Source of the DNA: Squalus acanthias
Taxonomy: Eukaryota
Direction: 5' to 3'
Assembly (NCBI GenBank): GCA_030390025.1
Contig: CM059432.1
Span: forward strand, 61,878,001-61,942,000
DNA: 64,000 nucleotides
Positions within the stretch are counted from its first letter, which is position 1; every line of letters begins with the position of its first letter. Position numbers and translations under genes: made by a program. Shown here piece after piece: positions 63,561 through 64,000 of this stretch. The notes beneath the pieces were generated by a model that worked only from the letters and a program-made list of their open reading frames with translations, was not told the origin of the DNA and searched no databases.

Positions 63561-64000
63561 ACACAATGGCCTATAAATTGGGCTGTGCAGTGCCCATTTT
63601 CCAGGCGCTAACTGGCCTACTGAGTCCCCAATATGGTGGGCAGGAAGCGCGGCACATTTCCATCCAGAAATGCGTCCCTGCCATGTTGGGAAATGAGGTT
63701 GCGTTGGCGGCAGAGTGCATGCTGGCAACATTGGAAGTGAAGAATAATTTATGTAAATTACGGTCCAGCGCTTCTTGCATTACCCCTTGTAGATTATTTA
63801 TCCCCAGGGCTTCACTCCCAATGTGGTGCTAACCAGCAGAAAGGCCCCCATACTTACCTGAATGTAGATCCGGGAGCAGCTGGAGGTAACCAAAACCCCT
63901 GGCCCGAGGCACAATCGCCCCTCCCCGCCAGGCAAAGCTACCTACCCCCCATTAGCCCTTTAGCTGATGATCACTCCCAATCGACAGTCACAACTGATTT

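Noticed and set aside
63850..63860. ATACTTACCTG, identical to the U1 snRNA 5' end
   Set aside because: The downstream sequence does not continue as U1; it is simply a reverse-complement consensus splice donor.
42487..64000. MAPRE2 exon 2 (WGMAVNVYSTS...)
   Set aside because: I could not find it by eye or in the ORF track; it probably lies beyond the window.

Overview
Eukaryotic, repeat-dense vertebrate DNA, most likely from a cartilaginous fish (shark or ray), inferred from its mix of CR1 and L2 LINEs, tRNA-derived Deu-domain SINEs and Penelope remnants. The only host coding sequence I can support is the first coding exon of MAPRE2 (EB2) at 42356-42486 (+), which the ORF track misses. It has a motif-rich proximal promoter, and a CpG island about 39 kb upstream may be an alternative promoter. 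No exon 2 is visible, so the rest of the window is intronic. About half the window is nested transposons: CR1 LINEs (one near-intact), an RTE LINE, L2 fragments, SINEs, MITEs and a possible solo LTR. The most unusual signals are hammerhead-ribozyme-like motifs in Penelope-derived repeats, a hairpin with compensatory changes shared by two copies of an unclassified repeat, locally templated inverted or duplicated insertions, and a recurring RFX X-box plus E-box pattern. I see no CRISPR array, RNA gene or complete novel protein-coding system. Repeat boundaries were read by eye and are approximate unless a target-site duplication (TSD) or terminal inverted repeat (TIR) is quoted.
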